Part shown: in pieces, positions 25,323-40,500 of the stretch
How the letters are laid out: the number at the start of each line of letters is the position of its first letter
Position numbering within the stretch: the stretch's first letter is position 1
NCBI GenBank assembly: GCA_951406725.2
Contig: OX597828.1
Span: 39,184,001 to 39,248,000, forward strand
DNA length: 64,000 bases
Source: Octopus vulgaris
Taxonomy: Eukaryota
Reading direction: 5' to 3'
Made by a program: the position numbers and the translations under genes
Notes under the pieces: model-generated
What the model was told of the DNA's origin: nothing
Databases searched by the model: none
The model's input: only the letters and a program-made list of their open reading frames with translations

Positions 25323-28241
25323 TTATATATGTATGTATATATGCATATATATGTATATATATATGCATATATATGTATGTATATCAACAGAAACAAGAAA
25401 GATGGTGTACCTATGAGGATGGATCCAAAGCCTGAGATTTACAAAAGGAAGGTTATAAAAAAAAAGGATTGCTTGACATTCATGCCTCACTCTGGGACGC
25501 CATCAATGAACCGAATCAAACTGAATTGGCTACAACTGGGACATTAATGGAGAGGAATATTGAGATGAACAGAAGAAGAAGAAGAAGAAGACAGACATGA
25601 ACACACAAACACACACACACACAAACACACACCTGGTTGGACAGATAAACAGGCATGAAAACATCAATAACAAAGATAAAGAAATAAAGATGCTGCTGCT
25701 ATCATACTTCAGGATGTTTTCTCTCTTCCTGAGGTTTATATTGATAAATAATGTAACCTATTTGATAATATAAATATCAGGAAAATTTGAAATGTCTCTC
25801 TCTCTCTCTCTGTGGCTCTGTCACTCTCCCATACACACAAGCAATTATTGGTACACAAACACCAACACAAATCACATACCTCTATATAATCATTGGCATA
25901 TACACACAAATACACACACACACACACACACATATATATTTATTACACATACACATATCTACATCATATACATATAATAATGGGTACATACATAATATAC
26001 ATATGAACATATTGCATTCAGTGATCAGGTTTACTGCAATGTGCATATATACACACATATACATACACATCACACACACGTGTATAATTATTGTCATGTA
26101 CATATATGCTTTTATAAACAGGGGCTAAATCATCAACATCACCATCAACTACACAGATACCTTCATATACACAACAGATAATATATACATCATCATCACC
26201 AACACTATTATCATGATCATCACCACCCACCACCATCATCATCATCGTCTACATAGAGTCTTTCACATATACAACAGATGATATTGCCGCATAATAAAAC
26301 CATAGAATATCTAAAAATACATTAATGAATAGAGAGAAAAATTGAATAAACTAACAAGAAAGCTCAACAAATACAGGGAAACAGACAAACATCTCTAGAT
26401 GTGGTAGAGAGGAGACAACACGCAGATACTGTGTAAGGTATGATGGAATAAGAAGGGAAATATTGAACAGAAAACAAGGAATTGTTAATACCTCATATGC
26501 CATTAGGATAGTAGAAATTATACAGATTTTTTTTCTCCTCCCTTATGTTGGGTCTGCAGTGAATAATAAACCATTAGAATGCAGACAAAGCAGTTATAAA
26601 CAGAAAGAGAAATACAGGAAAAAAAGCAACTAAAAATAAATAAAACACCCCGATATTTTTTATAAAATATTTTTTTTAATTAATTAGAAGACCCTGCACT
26701 TTGTATGCATAAACCTCACGCTTGAACAACCCACTCGGAATCATGTATCAGTATTTAATAGGTTTGCTTTCAGAGAAATTTGCCGTAATCAAATTTGAAA
26801 ACAAAAAAAGAAGGAAAGAAAGAAAGTCTGACAGAAATGCATTAAAAAAGATGTCCCAGGATGCTTTCTTCTAAAATCAAACAGAGTAAGAGAATTAATA
26901 TATATGTATGCACACATACACACACACACACACAAACATATACAGGGTGCGATGGGTAAATTGTCACCTGTTTATACTTTTAATTTCGTGCATGTGCATT
27001 GTTTGTTTTGATTTTGTTGACTACACAGTATTGCAGGGTCAGTTGGGCACCCTCTGTGAGAAAAACAGCACCGTGACACAATTCACTCAGTCAGAAATTT
27101 GGAAATGACATGCTGTACTGATTGGCATTCGCACCAGAAGCTCCAATATGAACATTTCAGAGCATTTGGGTGACATCTGAGGACAGTGCAGAGGATTCAG
27201 AAAGAGTTGGATGAGTCTAATGGTGATTACAAAGGTACAGCAGCTCAGAAAACTCACTTTGATTGTTCTGATAAGAAAAGAACTCCTGAATTAGTTGGTG
27301 AGATCCAGGCCATTATTGACAACGATCCCTCCAAGTCAATCAGATCCATTCCCAGGGACTTGGGAGTGACTGAGTTTCTTATCAGGCAGGGACAGAAGAT
27401 GAGAAAGGGCCAATATTGATTGGCCATCAAGAACAAGAGGAAAGATCACGCTATGAAGCTTTTAAACAAACTGAAGCATCCCCTCCAACCAAACATGTTT
27501 TGGTTTTTCTCAGACAAGAAAAATTTCTGCCAGTGTCAGATGGTGAACACACACAACTGTTGGCTTGCCGTGTCACCAAAACATGTACCGAGAGTAATAA
27601 AAATCAAACATTCAGTCAACATCATGGTGTTTGGAATGATCACTAGTGATGGCGACATTATGTCTCAATTCATCTTCCCACACAGTCTCAGATTCAACAT
27701 GGAGGCTGACATCAAGTGTCTGGAGGAGGTAGTGCTGCCCTGGGTTAAGAGAGTGGCTGCTGGAAGTTCCTATGTCTGGCAACAGGACTCTGCACCATGC
27801 CACACAAGCAGGAGAACCCAGTTATGGCTGTCAGACAATTTCTGTAACCACATTACCCCTAACATCTGATCACCTAACTCCCTAAACTGCAACCCCTTTG
27901 ATTATTATGTGTGGGGCGCAGTTGAGCAAGAGAGACCAACAAAATTCTTTGTAACACCAAAGATGAACTGAAGGCAAGGATTATGGCAGCATTCACCACC
28001 TTAAACAAAGAGACTGTCCAGAAGAGTGGCAGGATATTCTGAAGTTGTCTGGAGGCCATGGTTGAAGCCAATGGTGATTTTATTGAATAAATTTATTCTT
28101 TAGTATTTTAAGATATTTTTATGTAATTTTGGTAAATATATCTGTTAAAATGAGATGTCAGAGTTATTTTTATTTTTGAGTAATTTAGACAATTTATTTA
28201 CCACAACTTGTGTGTGTGTGTATATATATATGTATATGTAC

Positions 28242-28274
<33 letters not shown>

Positions 28275-30270
28275 TATATATGTGCGTATGTGTCTGTATG
28301 TATCGATCGATGGATGGATACTTGCATACATACATGTCCAAAAATTGGTTTTATTTTATGGTTCCAAGACATAAAAGTGCGCTACACACCTTTTGCATTA
28401 GAAATGAAATGTGTGGTTTTTGACATTGTCTGTCATATATATACTGTAAACAGGATTACATAATTTAAAAATCTACACCTACACATCTATAAGTACAGAC
28501 AGATACTCTCTCTTTTACTCTTTTACTTGTTTCAGTCAGTTGACTGCGGCCATGCTGGAGCACCGCCTTTAGTCGAGCAAATCGACCCCAGGACTTATTC
28601 TTTGTAAGCCCAGTACTTATTCTATCGGTCTCTTTTGCCGAACCGCAGGCTTCTTTCAGTTTCCGTCTACCAAATCCACTCACAAGGCATTAGTCGGCCC
28701 AGGGCTATAGCAGAAGACACTTACTCAAGATGCCACGCAGTGGGACTGAACCCGGAACCATGTGGTTAGTTAGCAAGCTACTTACCACACAGCCACTCCT
28801 ACGCAGAAGATAGAAAAAAAGAAGCTGAAAATGGACTGGGATTCATTTAGATTTCTTATTTAAAGACTTAATCTGTTTCACAGATTTCTGACTTTCAAAT
28901 GTTGAGAGAGAGAGATGGATAGCTAGATTGATATCGTTTTTGTCATGAGAATTTTAAATTAATTATTTTTAATGATGGAACTGAAGGAGGTAGATAAGAC
29001 TATAACTGATAAAATGTAAATATTGGGTTAAAAAAATTGGATGGAAAAAGTTGATGACTGCCCATAGGACTCAGATCCCTATGTATGACTAGACTAGCTG
29101 CATGCTGAATCAACATTCCTCCTGCTTTGTTTTATGCTTCAATAGAAGACAGAAACAATATTGTTAATTAAAAAAAAACTCTAGTATCATAAATATTAGA
29201 TAAAACACACCTACTTTTTTTTATGAGCAGATTAACAGAACAACTTGTAAGAATACCACATAAAAAGCATTTAGTAAATTCTGTAAAGGGGTTGGTGTTA
29301 GGAAGGGCATCCAGTTGCAGAAACCATGGCAAAACAGACAATGGAACCTGGTATGGCTCCTGGCCTTGCCGGCTCTTGTCAAACCATCCAATCCATGCCA
29401 GCATGAAAAATGGATGTAAAATTACGATGATGATATAAAAAGAAAACAACACTACAATGTACAATAATTTTATAATAATGGTGATGATAAGGATTTCTGA
29501 GAGGGTTTCAAGAACACACATTCAGAAAGAGGGTTAGTTGGGTACATCAACCCCCAGTCCTTAACTGGTACTTTATTTTATCAATGCAGGATGGGATGAA
29601 AGGCAAAGCTGGCTTAGGTGGGATTTGAACCTAGAATATAGAACTGGAATGAATATCACAAAGCAGTTTTCTGACACTCATACAATTCTACCTATTCACC
29701 CACTCTCCTTAATAACTGTTTCTAATTTAGGCAAATACCAGTAATTCTAAAGGGAGTAGGGAAGTTGACAGAAGCAGTACATGTTTTATACTTAATCCCC
29801 CAGGAGTTACCACAAAACCTAGCATAGAAAGAATAAACCTTTCTACTATAGGCACAAGGCCCGAAATTGTAGGGGAAAGGGGCTAGCTGATTAAATCGAC
29901 CCCAGTGCATAACTGGCACTTATTTCATTAACCCTGAAAGGATAAAAGGCAATGTCAACCTTGATGGAATTTGAACTCAGAAAGAAAGGATGGAGCAAAT
30001 GCTGCTAAGCATTTTACTGGTATGCTAACAATTCTGCCAGCTCACTGCCATGATGGTGATGATGATGAATCCTTTCTGCTGGAAGCACAAGGCCTGAAAT
30101 TTGAGGGAAGGGATTAAGTCAATTACATCGATCTCAGTGTTTCACTGGCACTTAATTTATCAACACCAAAAGGATGAAAGGCAAAGTCGGACTCAGTGGA
30201 ATTTGAACTCAGAATGACAGACAAAATACCACTAAGCATTTTGCCCAATGTGCTAACGATTCTGCCAGCT

Positions 30271-30311
<41 letters not shown>

Positions 30312-33300
30312 TTAACATGTATATGTTTTGTCTTGGTATAAAAGATGGGCTACAGCAAATATTCTGCTCATTACCAGAGATTTGTTTGTAAGTTGCTCGA
30401 CTGATCATGAGCAGGAGTATTGAGGGAAGTAGGAAAAAGGTAAAGATAGAATTGTCTTTGAAAAGCTTTTTTTGAACCCAAAGTTTCTATACAGAAATGA
30501 ACAATAAAGGACTTTCAAGTTGGATATTTTTTGTTACGAGTGTAAAAATCAAAAAACCAGGAAAAATGATGGATGTAATTTTAACTGAATGGTGAAGCAG
30601 CTGTAAGAAATATTCTGGTTCCAGACATCTATGCGATTGTTCAAGCTGATAGAAATAACAGCCAAATCTCCATCAAATGACACCTTATTATCTTTTTTAA
30701 AAAACCCAAAAAAACAAGAATACATTGAAGAAAAAGATATAGGTTTGTCCCCTCATGATAGAGGGGACAGGAGTAGAGGGAATAGGAGAGGGACAGGAAG
30801 AGGTGAAAAGGAAGGTGTGGAAAGAAGGCAAAAGGAGTGGAGGAGAAAGAGGCAGAAGTGGGCGAACGGAAGAGGAGAGTAGGTGGGAGGGGTAGATGAC
30901 TTTTAACTCAGGCATAATGCTACATATTTGAGAGGAGTGGGTATTCTCCATTGTATCACTTGTGCATTACTTGACTGGCTCTTTATTTTATTGATTCTAA
31001 GATGATAAAAGGCAAAGTCAATCCTCCAAGGAATTTGAAGTTGGAATGCAAAGAGCCCTAAGTAAATGCTAGAAGACATTCTGTTGAGCCACCATCCTTG
31101 TTCTATATATAATTAAGAAATTATCACCACATTATTGTCAGCATAACACTTTTTACATTAATCATCATCATCATATTCATCATTATCATCATTTAACATC
31201 GGTTTTCCATGCTGACATAAATTGCAATGTTTGACAGGAGCTAGCAAGCCATAGTACTGCATCATGCCCCCAATTAGGTGTGATTTCTATGGCTACACGA
31301 AGGTCTTTTTCTGCAGAGTGTAGCACAGATTGTACGATGCTTGTGTTAGAACAGTGGTGCTGCATGGTAGTGGGACATGAGCCTTGAATGCAATGGAAAG
31401 TAATGAAGCTAGTACACTCTGTTGGATGTACAATGTGTGTCAACATTATTGTTCACTAAAGATGACCTAAAAGAGGTATAGGGAATATTTTGGATGAAAG
31501 AGGACAACGTAAAATTGCCTGAGAAGAATTATGTATCAATTTCTTTTTTCTTCTGTAACTAAATGCTATGTAATTTTTACCCAGTCCACTCTATAAAGTG
31601 GTGGGCATTAGGAAAGGCATCTAGCCGTAAAAACCATGCCAAAACAGACAATGGAACCAAGTGTAGTCCACTGGTTTGCCAGCTCCCATCCCAGCATGGA
31701 AGACAGATGTTAAATGACGACAGTGATGAATCCATACCGGGGGTTTCATAGCACAGACCAAACATAGAATTAAACAAGAGCTACAGGAAAAACCAACTTG
31801 AAACCAACATTAGATATGGATGCTGCTGTTTATTTGGTCATCTTATTTGAAAGGGATTTATGCTAAGAGAAAGATTGGAATGCATATTGATTAAACAGCT
31901 AAGACATCTCAATCATCACACTTGGAAATAATCTTCCAAGCAGCATTACACAACAGCATGGGTTAGTGGGAAATAATCTGAAATTTAGAAAAATCTGAAT
32001 GAATGTTTGAAAAGTGGGTGGATGATCCTTGATGCCATGTGTGAAAAATTTAATTGAATTACAAATGTAGGTCAATGACTGAGAAAAGGATATGCTGGCT
32101 TCAATAACACATGGCGGTTTGTTATTGATTTAATCAAACTAACATTGCCATGCTGAATCTTAAGAACAGAAATGATAGAGAACAACAAGTAAGCTCTACT
32201 CTATGCATGAAGTGAGTCATTGTCAAGAGAAAGAGAGTCTACCAAAACAAGGATTATTTGTATTTAGACATTTTTAAAAGTATTATTATGTCTAAAGTAT
32301 GTTAAGAGTATTATTCTCTCTCTATCTCTCTCTTTGCACACACACACACACATGTATGTACACTCACATATTCACACATCTTTGTATATGCACTCTGTAC
32401 ATATGATGATATGCATTCGTGCTTACACACACACACACGATTTCACTAAGTTTCATAAGTACAATAAGTATATATATATAGTTTGATGATGGATTAACTG
32501 GCCGAAACTTTGAAGTCACTGTCAACAATATTCTTGTTTAAGAATAATAAATTTATGTTTATTGATTTGTGTGGCAAGATTCCTGTGCTGAAACACAGTA
32601 AAGGCGGCGAGCTGGCAGAAACATTAGCATGCCGGGCGAAATGCTTAGTGGCATTTCGTCTGCCGTTACGTTCTAAGTTCAAATTCCGCCAAGGTCGACT
32701 TTGCTTTTCATCCTTTCGGGGTCGATTAAATAAGTACTAGTTACGCACTGGGGTCGATATAATCAACTTAATCCGTTTGTCTGTCCTTGTTTGTCCTCTC
32801 TGTGTTTAGCCCCTTGTGGGTAGTAAAGAAATAGGTATTTCATCTGCCGTTACGTTCTGAGTTCAAATTCTGCCGAGGTCAACTTTGCCTTTCATCCTTT
32901 CGGGGTCAATTAATAAGTAACAGTTACGCACTGGGGTTGATATAATCGACTTAATCTGTTTGTCTGTCCCCTCTATGTTTAGCCCCCTTGTGGGCAATAA
33001 AGAAATAAGATTCCTGTGTTGAAACAGATATTGTTGTATTACAGGATAGTCATTTTTTTTTTGCCAAATAAACACACACACTATATGTTTGTTCTTCACT
33101 TGTTTATTACTGTTCTTATTTTAACTCATGTCTATTGTCCAGAAATCTTTCATCACACACCTGTGACCTCTTCAGCTACACTTTCCATCTCCGTGTGCGC
33201 TCTTCCTCCAATCATCTCATTCTGGTCTTCTATACTGTGTATTCTTATATGCATTTGTGTCTGTATTTATGGGAGTGTGTCGTTGTTCTATGACACACAC

Positions 33301-36300
33301 ACACACAAACAAACACGGACGCAAGAGGATGTGCATTTAAGGATACATAGAAGAACAGAATGAGATAAATGGAGGAAGAGAACACATAGAGACGGAAAGT
33401 GTTGCTCAAGAGGTTACAGGTGTGTGATGAAAGATTTCTAAACAATAGATATGGGTTAGACTAAGAACAGTAATAAATGAGTGAAGAATGAATATATAGT
33501 GCATGTGTTTATTTAGCACAAAAAAAAAATTACCATCCTAAAATACAACAATAATAATAAATTTGTACTCTACATAAGTGTAGAGTAACCCATCAGATTA
33601 ATGTAAAAGTATTTTTATTATAACTGAACATAAAAACACACATACACACCCATCCATTCATTTTTCTATCTATTCATCCATATATATATATATATAGCTT
33701 ACGTGTTGGTGGCATGTAAAAAGCACCATCCAAATGAGGCCAATACCAGTGTCCCCTGACTGGCTCCCGCGCAAGTGGGATGTAAAAAGCACTGTCTGAA
33801 CATGATTGATGCCAGGCCCACCTGACTGGCTCCTGTACCGTTAGCTCATAAAAAGCACCCACTACACTCTCAGAGTGGTTGGCATTAGGAAGGGCATCCA
33901 ACTGTGGAAACATAGGGGATTAGATCAGATTGGAGCCTAGTGCAGCCTCCATGCTTTCCAGACCTCAGTCAAACTGTCCAACCCATGCCAGCACGGAAAA
34001 TAGACATTAAACAATGGTGATGAAGATACATAAATACATATACATGCAAGCACATAAACAGAAACATATATACATGCACACACATATACTCACAGACCTT
34101 TATATATGTACTATATACATATGTATGTATGTGTACTTACACACATTTATGCCATTTTGCAAAGTTCCACAAGCAGAATGAAAATCTAAATCTAAACAGC
34201 AACAAATATAATTAACAAATTTGTTTATAAAAAGATACATTTAAGACCAATGCAAGAATAAAAACCTAATAAATAAGACTACTTATATTCTGTTCTAACA
34301 AACATCAAGTCTAAAACTGTTGGATGCTGCACTGATTGATACTGCAATCAAACTGTACCACACTTTCAGTGATGTAAATATCAGATCAAACAATTTGATC
34401 TGAGACTGTATGTTGAAACTGAAGTAATTACAGCAAGGAAGGGCCATTTTAGCCATAAAAACCCCAACAAAATCACCTGCTACATTCACTGACTATCTAT
34501 ATTTGGAGGCTGGGAGTCAAAATGTTTGCTGAGCCATTGTGATCTGATCACTGTCACAGCTCCCCTGCAGATGTTTGAATTTTATTTACTAAATTTCAGG
34601 CATGGCTATCTCGTTTATTTATTTATTATTATTATAATTATTTTTTTTTTGGTGGGGGGGGGGGACAATGGCGCAACAAAACATTTTGACACCAAGAAAA
34701 ATTACAAAAAAGGTTTCTGTGTTTCTGGATGGCTAAAATAATACGGACCTTTGAATTCTTCTTGAATACCATCAAAATCAGCTTTGTATTTTGTTTTGAA
34801 AATTAATGTCACAAGTGAGGTTGATGATGATGATAATTAATGATGGTGGTGGTAGTGTTTAGGCCCTGGATCAACAAAAATTCAGCAGGTCTATAATCAA
34901 AGACATTCCAACAGTAGTTTAAGACTCTTATCCAATTACCACAGTAAACAGTAAACTTAGGAGTGGCTGTGTGGTAAGTAGCTTGCTTACCAACCATATG
35001 GTTCTGGGTTCAGTCCCACTGCGTGGCACCTTGGGCAAGTGTCTTCTACTATAGCCTCGGGCTGACCAAAGCCTTGTGAGTGGATTTGGTAGACAGAAAC
35101 TGAAAGAAGCCCATCGTATATATGTATATATATAAATATATATATATATATGTGTGTGTGTGTGTATATGTTTGCTGGTGTGTTTACGTCCCCGTAACTT
35201 AGCAGTTCGACAAAAGAAACCGATAGAATAAGTACTAGGCTTACAAAGAATGAGTCCTGGGGTCGATTTGCTTGACTAAAAAGGTGGTGCTCCAGCATGG
35301 CCACAGTCAAATGACTGAAACAGGTAAAAGAGTAAAAGAGAATGTATCTTCCCAGCACAGTAGGATTCTGCGGAAAGCTGCTATTCTTTCGAATAAGTTG
35401 AATGACAACTTAGAAAGCTTCCACTTCAGACCCAAGAGAGCTGCAGAAGAAGTAAGAGCATTCTGCTCTGGCTGTGATTTAATTTACATTCACTTATAAA
35501 ATCGCTCATTATTTGTTGTAAAATAATTGGTAGTGTTACACAGAAACAATAAGAGCAAACTGTCTGAGATAATGATGTATTGTTATTAACTTTAATTACA
35601 CACAGACACACACACACATCTCAATAGATAGCTTTGTTAGATATGCAGCTACTGTCAATAGGTATTGGTGTTAGGGTGTATATTACAATATATACTACAC
35701 ATGCAAAAGCATTATGCAGTATCTTCTTTAGTGAACCTATAAATACAAAGCACTAAATACTTCAGCTTGTGTGTTGTTGTTGTTGTTGTTGTATAGGCCC
35801 AGGTTAGCTCAGATTAAGTAGCCCTATGATAAAAAATGTTATAACTAGGATCATCCCAGCTTTATTTAAACATTGTGCATTAAGACGATAGGTTGTGATT
35901 TGAGGAATTTAACTACTGTTTCTAGCAGGTCAAGCAGCCACAGTGAGGTTTCTTTATTGACTTTGCGTGTGTGTGTGTATGTGTGTGAAGAGAGGGAGAT
36001 GGGAAGGAGGAGAAGTGAGAGGGAAGTAGTGTTCCTGCATAATCACAATCCAATGACTGAAACCATTAAGGAAATAGGATAATAAGCTCAAATCTTGTTG
36101 GCAGTGAATTGGGGTCTCTTGGGCATCACTACATTACTCTCCTTGATTCAGCTCTTTTACTCCTTTATTTGTTTCAGTCATTTGAACAACTTTTGATCAG
36201 AGATAAGCTAGCTTAATTGGGGTTGAGCTGGGGTCAACGAACAATAATAACAACTGAATTTAGTTGAAACCTGCAGATGGACAGACCACAGCTGCTAGGG

Positions 36301-37490
36301 ACAGAAAATAGGGGAAGAGGTTCATAAACTCCTCGCAGTGTGACTCAAGATGATTGAGACAATCAATATCCACTCCCAAAATGGACAGACTATGATGATG
36401 ATTGGTACTAAATAACTCAGTACAATTCCTTTCATAGGTGTATAGGTAGTGACCTGTGCTGGATTAACCATTAAGCACATGCTTAGGGCATCAAAGAAAA
36501 GGGAACACCACAGAAATGGTAAATGGTTTATGGCACAAAAGAAATCACTTTAAACTTGCTATAATAATATTTGAAATGGTTTATGTGATCAGAAATATTT
36601 CAAAGTATTCATGGTGTCATAGTGAGGATCTGGTCAAAGACTTTGCAATTAAAGAAAAAAAAGTAGAAAACTTTTGAAATATAAATAAAATGGAAGTATG
36701 CAAAAACAAACAATATTTTTCATCTTATTGCTGGTTTTGTTTCATTTTGGAAAACAGACATTTTATGGTTTAATATTGTTTATATTTTGAATTAAATATA
36801 TACATGGGGCACCGAGATCTTTTAAGTGCTTAGGGTCTCTATGGGTTTTAATCTGGCCCTGGTGGGGACTGGAGCTCTCCTCACTAACTTACTGGTTGGG
36901 AAAGGGTCCCCCTCATCCTTTCTAACCCAGCAACAAAAATAAGGCTTATCACAGAATAGCAGAACTTCTGACAGAAAAGCCACCAAATAACCAAGAGACG
37001 AGAGTGGGTCTAGCATGTTACCTGTCTATTGAAACAGACATTAATGCACACCTGTGCATCCCACCCCCACACACATATACATACCTCAGACTAAAATTTT
37101 CAATGGATGTTTGAATATATACATGCCTTGTTATTATTGTTGCTGGTTTTATGTTTTGGTTGGGTGGTTGTTGTGCTTAATCAATTTGGAAATGACATCA
37201 GCACGAAACCGTATATGTGAAACAGTTTTGACTCAGAAAGGTCATGTAAGATCGTAGAAAATACGACACTTGAAGGAATGAATAAATAATTCTTTCACAT
37301 TGAATAGTAAGGAATTCTGACTATGATAGATGAAACCTACATAAACCTTGGATCAACATTAAGGTGAACAAAGACTGTCATTGAATAGAATCTAATGGCA
37401 TTTTATCACATGTTTGTCTCAATGTATGTACACACACACATGCCAATGTATACAAATATACAGACGTGTGTGTGTACGTATGTATGTATA

Positions 37491-37526
<36 letters not shown>

Positions 37527-40500
37527 CATATACACACACATGTATATGCATATATATATATATATAAATATATAATGCACACACAAATATATATTCATGT
37601 GTATATTTATACATACACACACACGACGTAAAATACAAAGTTGACATCAAGAACACCTGGGTGAAATTTTACTGAAATTGCTTTCTTTCATAAATTTTTC
37701 AAGAAATGTAAAGTTTAGTCAACTACACATTTCAGTTTAACCTCTTAGTAAATTAAACACTTGACAATAAAAGGATATTTATTTAATTACCTGTGCACAT
37801 ATATGTGTTGTCTTCTCGTTGCAGCAGGAGTTAGATGTATATGATACTGAATACCACAGCATTTCGTGTTCTAACACAAAACATCCATTTCTAAGTGGGG
37901 ATAAATATTACCCATTGGCATTAATACTGATTCTATCACTCTTTTACTTGTTTCAGTCATTTAACTGTGGCCATGCTGAAGCACCACCTTTAGTCGAGCA
38001 AATCGACCCCAGGACTTATTCTATTGATTTCTTCTGCCGAACCACTAGGTTATGGGGACATAAACACACCACCATCGGTTGTCAAGCAGTGTTGGGGGGG
38101 GGGGGAACAAACACAGACACACACACAAATATATATTTATACGAAGGGCTTCTTTCAGTTTCCGTCTACTAAATCCACTTACAAGGCTTTGGTCAGCCCG
38201 AGGCTATTGTAGAAGACACTTGCCCAAGATGCTACGCAGTGGGAATGAACCTGGAACCATATGGTTGGTAAGCAAGCTGCTTACCACACAGCCACTCCTG
38301 CGCCTATAATATTTTCTAATAAGTCCATTGGCTGTTTGCAACACCAATGCCTGATTGGACACTGTGATTCTATGCTGACTAAACAAGAGGACACAGAAAC
38401 ACATACACATCCCACAAAATTATTGATCGTCATGCTAATAACCGCCTTGAGAACCTTTTTGAGCTCCATGAGTCTAACACAAGTAGGCATGCCTACAAAG
38501 TCAGAAAACAGCACAGCTCCCAATGACTCTCGGAAACATTTTTTCACACTCAGAGTTGCTGAAGCATGGAACAAACTACCTGCATCAGTTGTTAGTTGCC
38601 AAGACATTGCACTCTTCAAAACCTCCATACTTCCTGAAATTCACTATCACTACACCTGATTTCCCCCCTCCATACACATGCACACATATATATCATGACT
38701 CATACACTGTTCACTTTCCTGACTTTTGTACATAATTCTATGCACTGTACATGCACCTTTGATGAGTTGTAGTGCACCTGAGCAATATACACAATAATTT
38801 CATTATATATTCCTTATACATATATATATATAAAACTTTGTTGATTCTCCAGAAACAGTAAATTATAGGACAATACAAATGTGAAGTATCCTTTAATACA
38901 TTATAACTAAAAGGCTCCAATTTCCAGTACTCAAATTTACTTGTTTCCAGTCATCAGCTGGTAAACTGATTCTGCTTTCTTTTGAAATATTTACTGCTTG
39001 TATATTTTTGGGGGAATATGAAATGAAAGTTGGAAGAAAATGCATATCATCATTTTCACATGTGAAAATGACTGCTTGAAGCTTACATTTTCTCTCTATC
39101 AATTCCATTCACAAATCCATTCTTTCTATCAAATCCATCAGTTGGCACAGGGCAATTATAGAAAACAATTGCCCAAAGCACTATGCAGTAGGACTGAACT
39201 CAAAACCTCCTGTTTTGGAAGCACGCTTCTTAACCACACAGCCAAACCTGCACCAAAGCTACAAATGCTTTTTTTAAAATAAAAACAAACACAACACTAA
39301 ATTGCTTACAAAAGCTACTTACTGGTAAAGAGGAAAGACTTGATGTCCTTGTGTGACATAATGGGTTGATTGGTGAGGAACCTGTTTTTTTCAAAGTATC
39401 ATTGTCCATAGCACCATTTATTTCTTGCTTAGATTTTGAATGTTTTCTTGTAAGTAATTTCACCTCCTCAAAATAATCATGGAACTGAAATTAATAAAAA
39501 AATGAATATAATTAATATTGAAAATTACTGAAGACATTAAAATAAAAATTAATCTCAGACTGGAACAGAGATGCACTTCTTTAGATTCTACATATATATG
39601 TGTGAGTATGTATATAAATATATCATCATCATCATCATCATTTAGTGTATATCTATTATAATTAATCCGTTCTGTCAGTGTGTGTGTGTCTTCTAGGATC
39701 TCGGGCATCCTCCATCCGATTGCACTCAAATTTGATATGTAGATACCAATGGTATCAGGGTGTGTATAAATCTTGAAAAAATTACAAAAATCGATTCCAG
39801 GTGAGAATGCGATCGATAAAGATGCTTTTCTTCCGTCAACCTGTACATAACTGCACCTTCCATATTTTGTTGTTTTTGTACTTTGGTTGGCCCGAGGCTA
39901 TAGTAGAAGACACTTGCCCAAGGTGCCACGCAGTGGGACTGAACCCGGAGCCATGTGGTTGGTAAGCAAGCTACTTACCACACAACCACTCCTGTGCCTA
40001 AATTTCATTCACAAGACAATGTCATCTTGAGGTTATGGTAAAAGGGGCTTGTCCAAAGCGCTGTGTAGTGACATTGAACCTGACCTCATGTAATTACAAA
40101 CTCTATATCCACCTCACCATACCTGCTACAAAAAAAGGGAAAAAGTGTATATCAATGATTAAGTTCCCATGCAGGAATTCTTGTGTGGAACCCCACCCCA
40201 CCTTTAACCTCTTGTGACGATTATTTTGCAAACAACATCAAAATTTCATATGCTTACCTGATTGAGTTCTTTTTCTCCACTGAAACCAAGTCCATACACA
40301 ATATTGGCACTAACATCTGACCACTGGCCAAATTTCTGAGAAGTCTTTGTAAAAACCATGCTTGCTGTAACTGTGCTGTTCACAACAGCCTAAAAAAAAG
40401 AAAAGAAAAAGAAAACAAAAAATTTTAATTCATCAAAATATTTAGTGAAATTCAAATTTCAGGAAATTTTGTTAGAATTTACAACTTAACAACCAATTTT

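Noticed and set aside
25129-26245. Cluster of overlapping short ORFs
   Set aside because: Microsatellite-derived, with no splice or homology support.
39230-39322. Read-through of the exon 4 donor adding a hydrophobic tail of about 30 aa
   Set aside because: Strong GTAAGT donor, no nearby poly(A) signal seen, and the extension runs into a decayed SINE.
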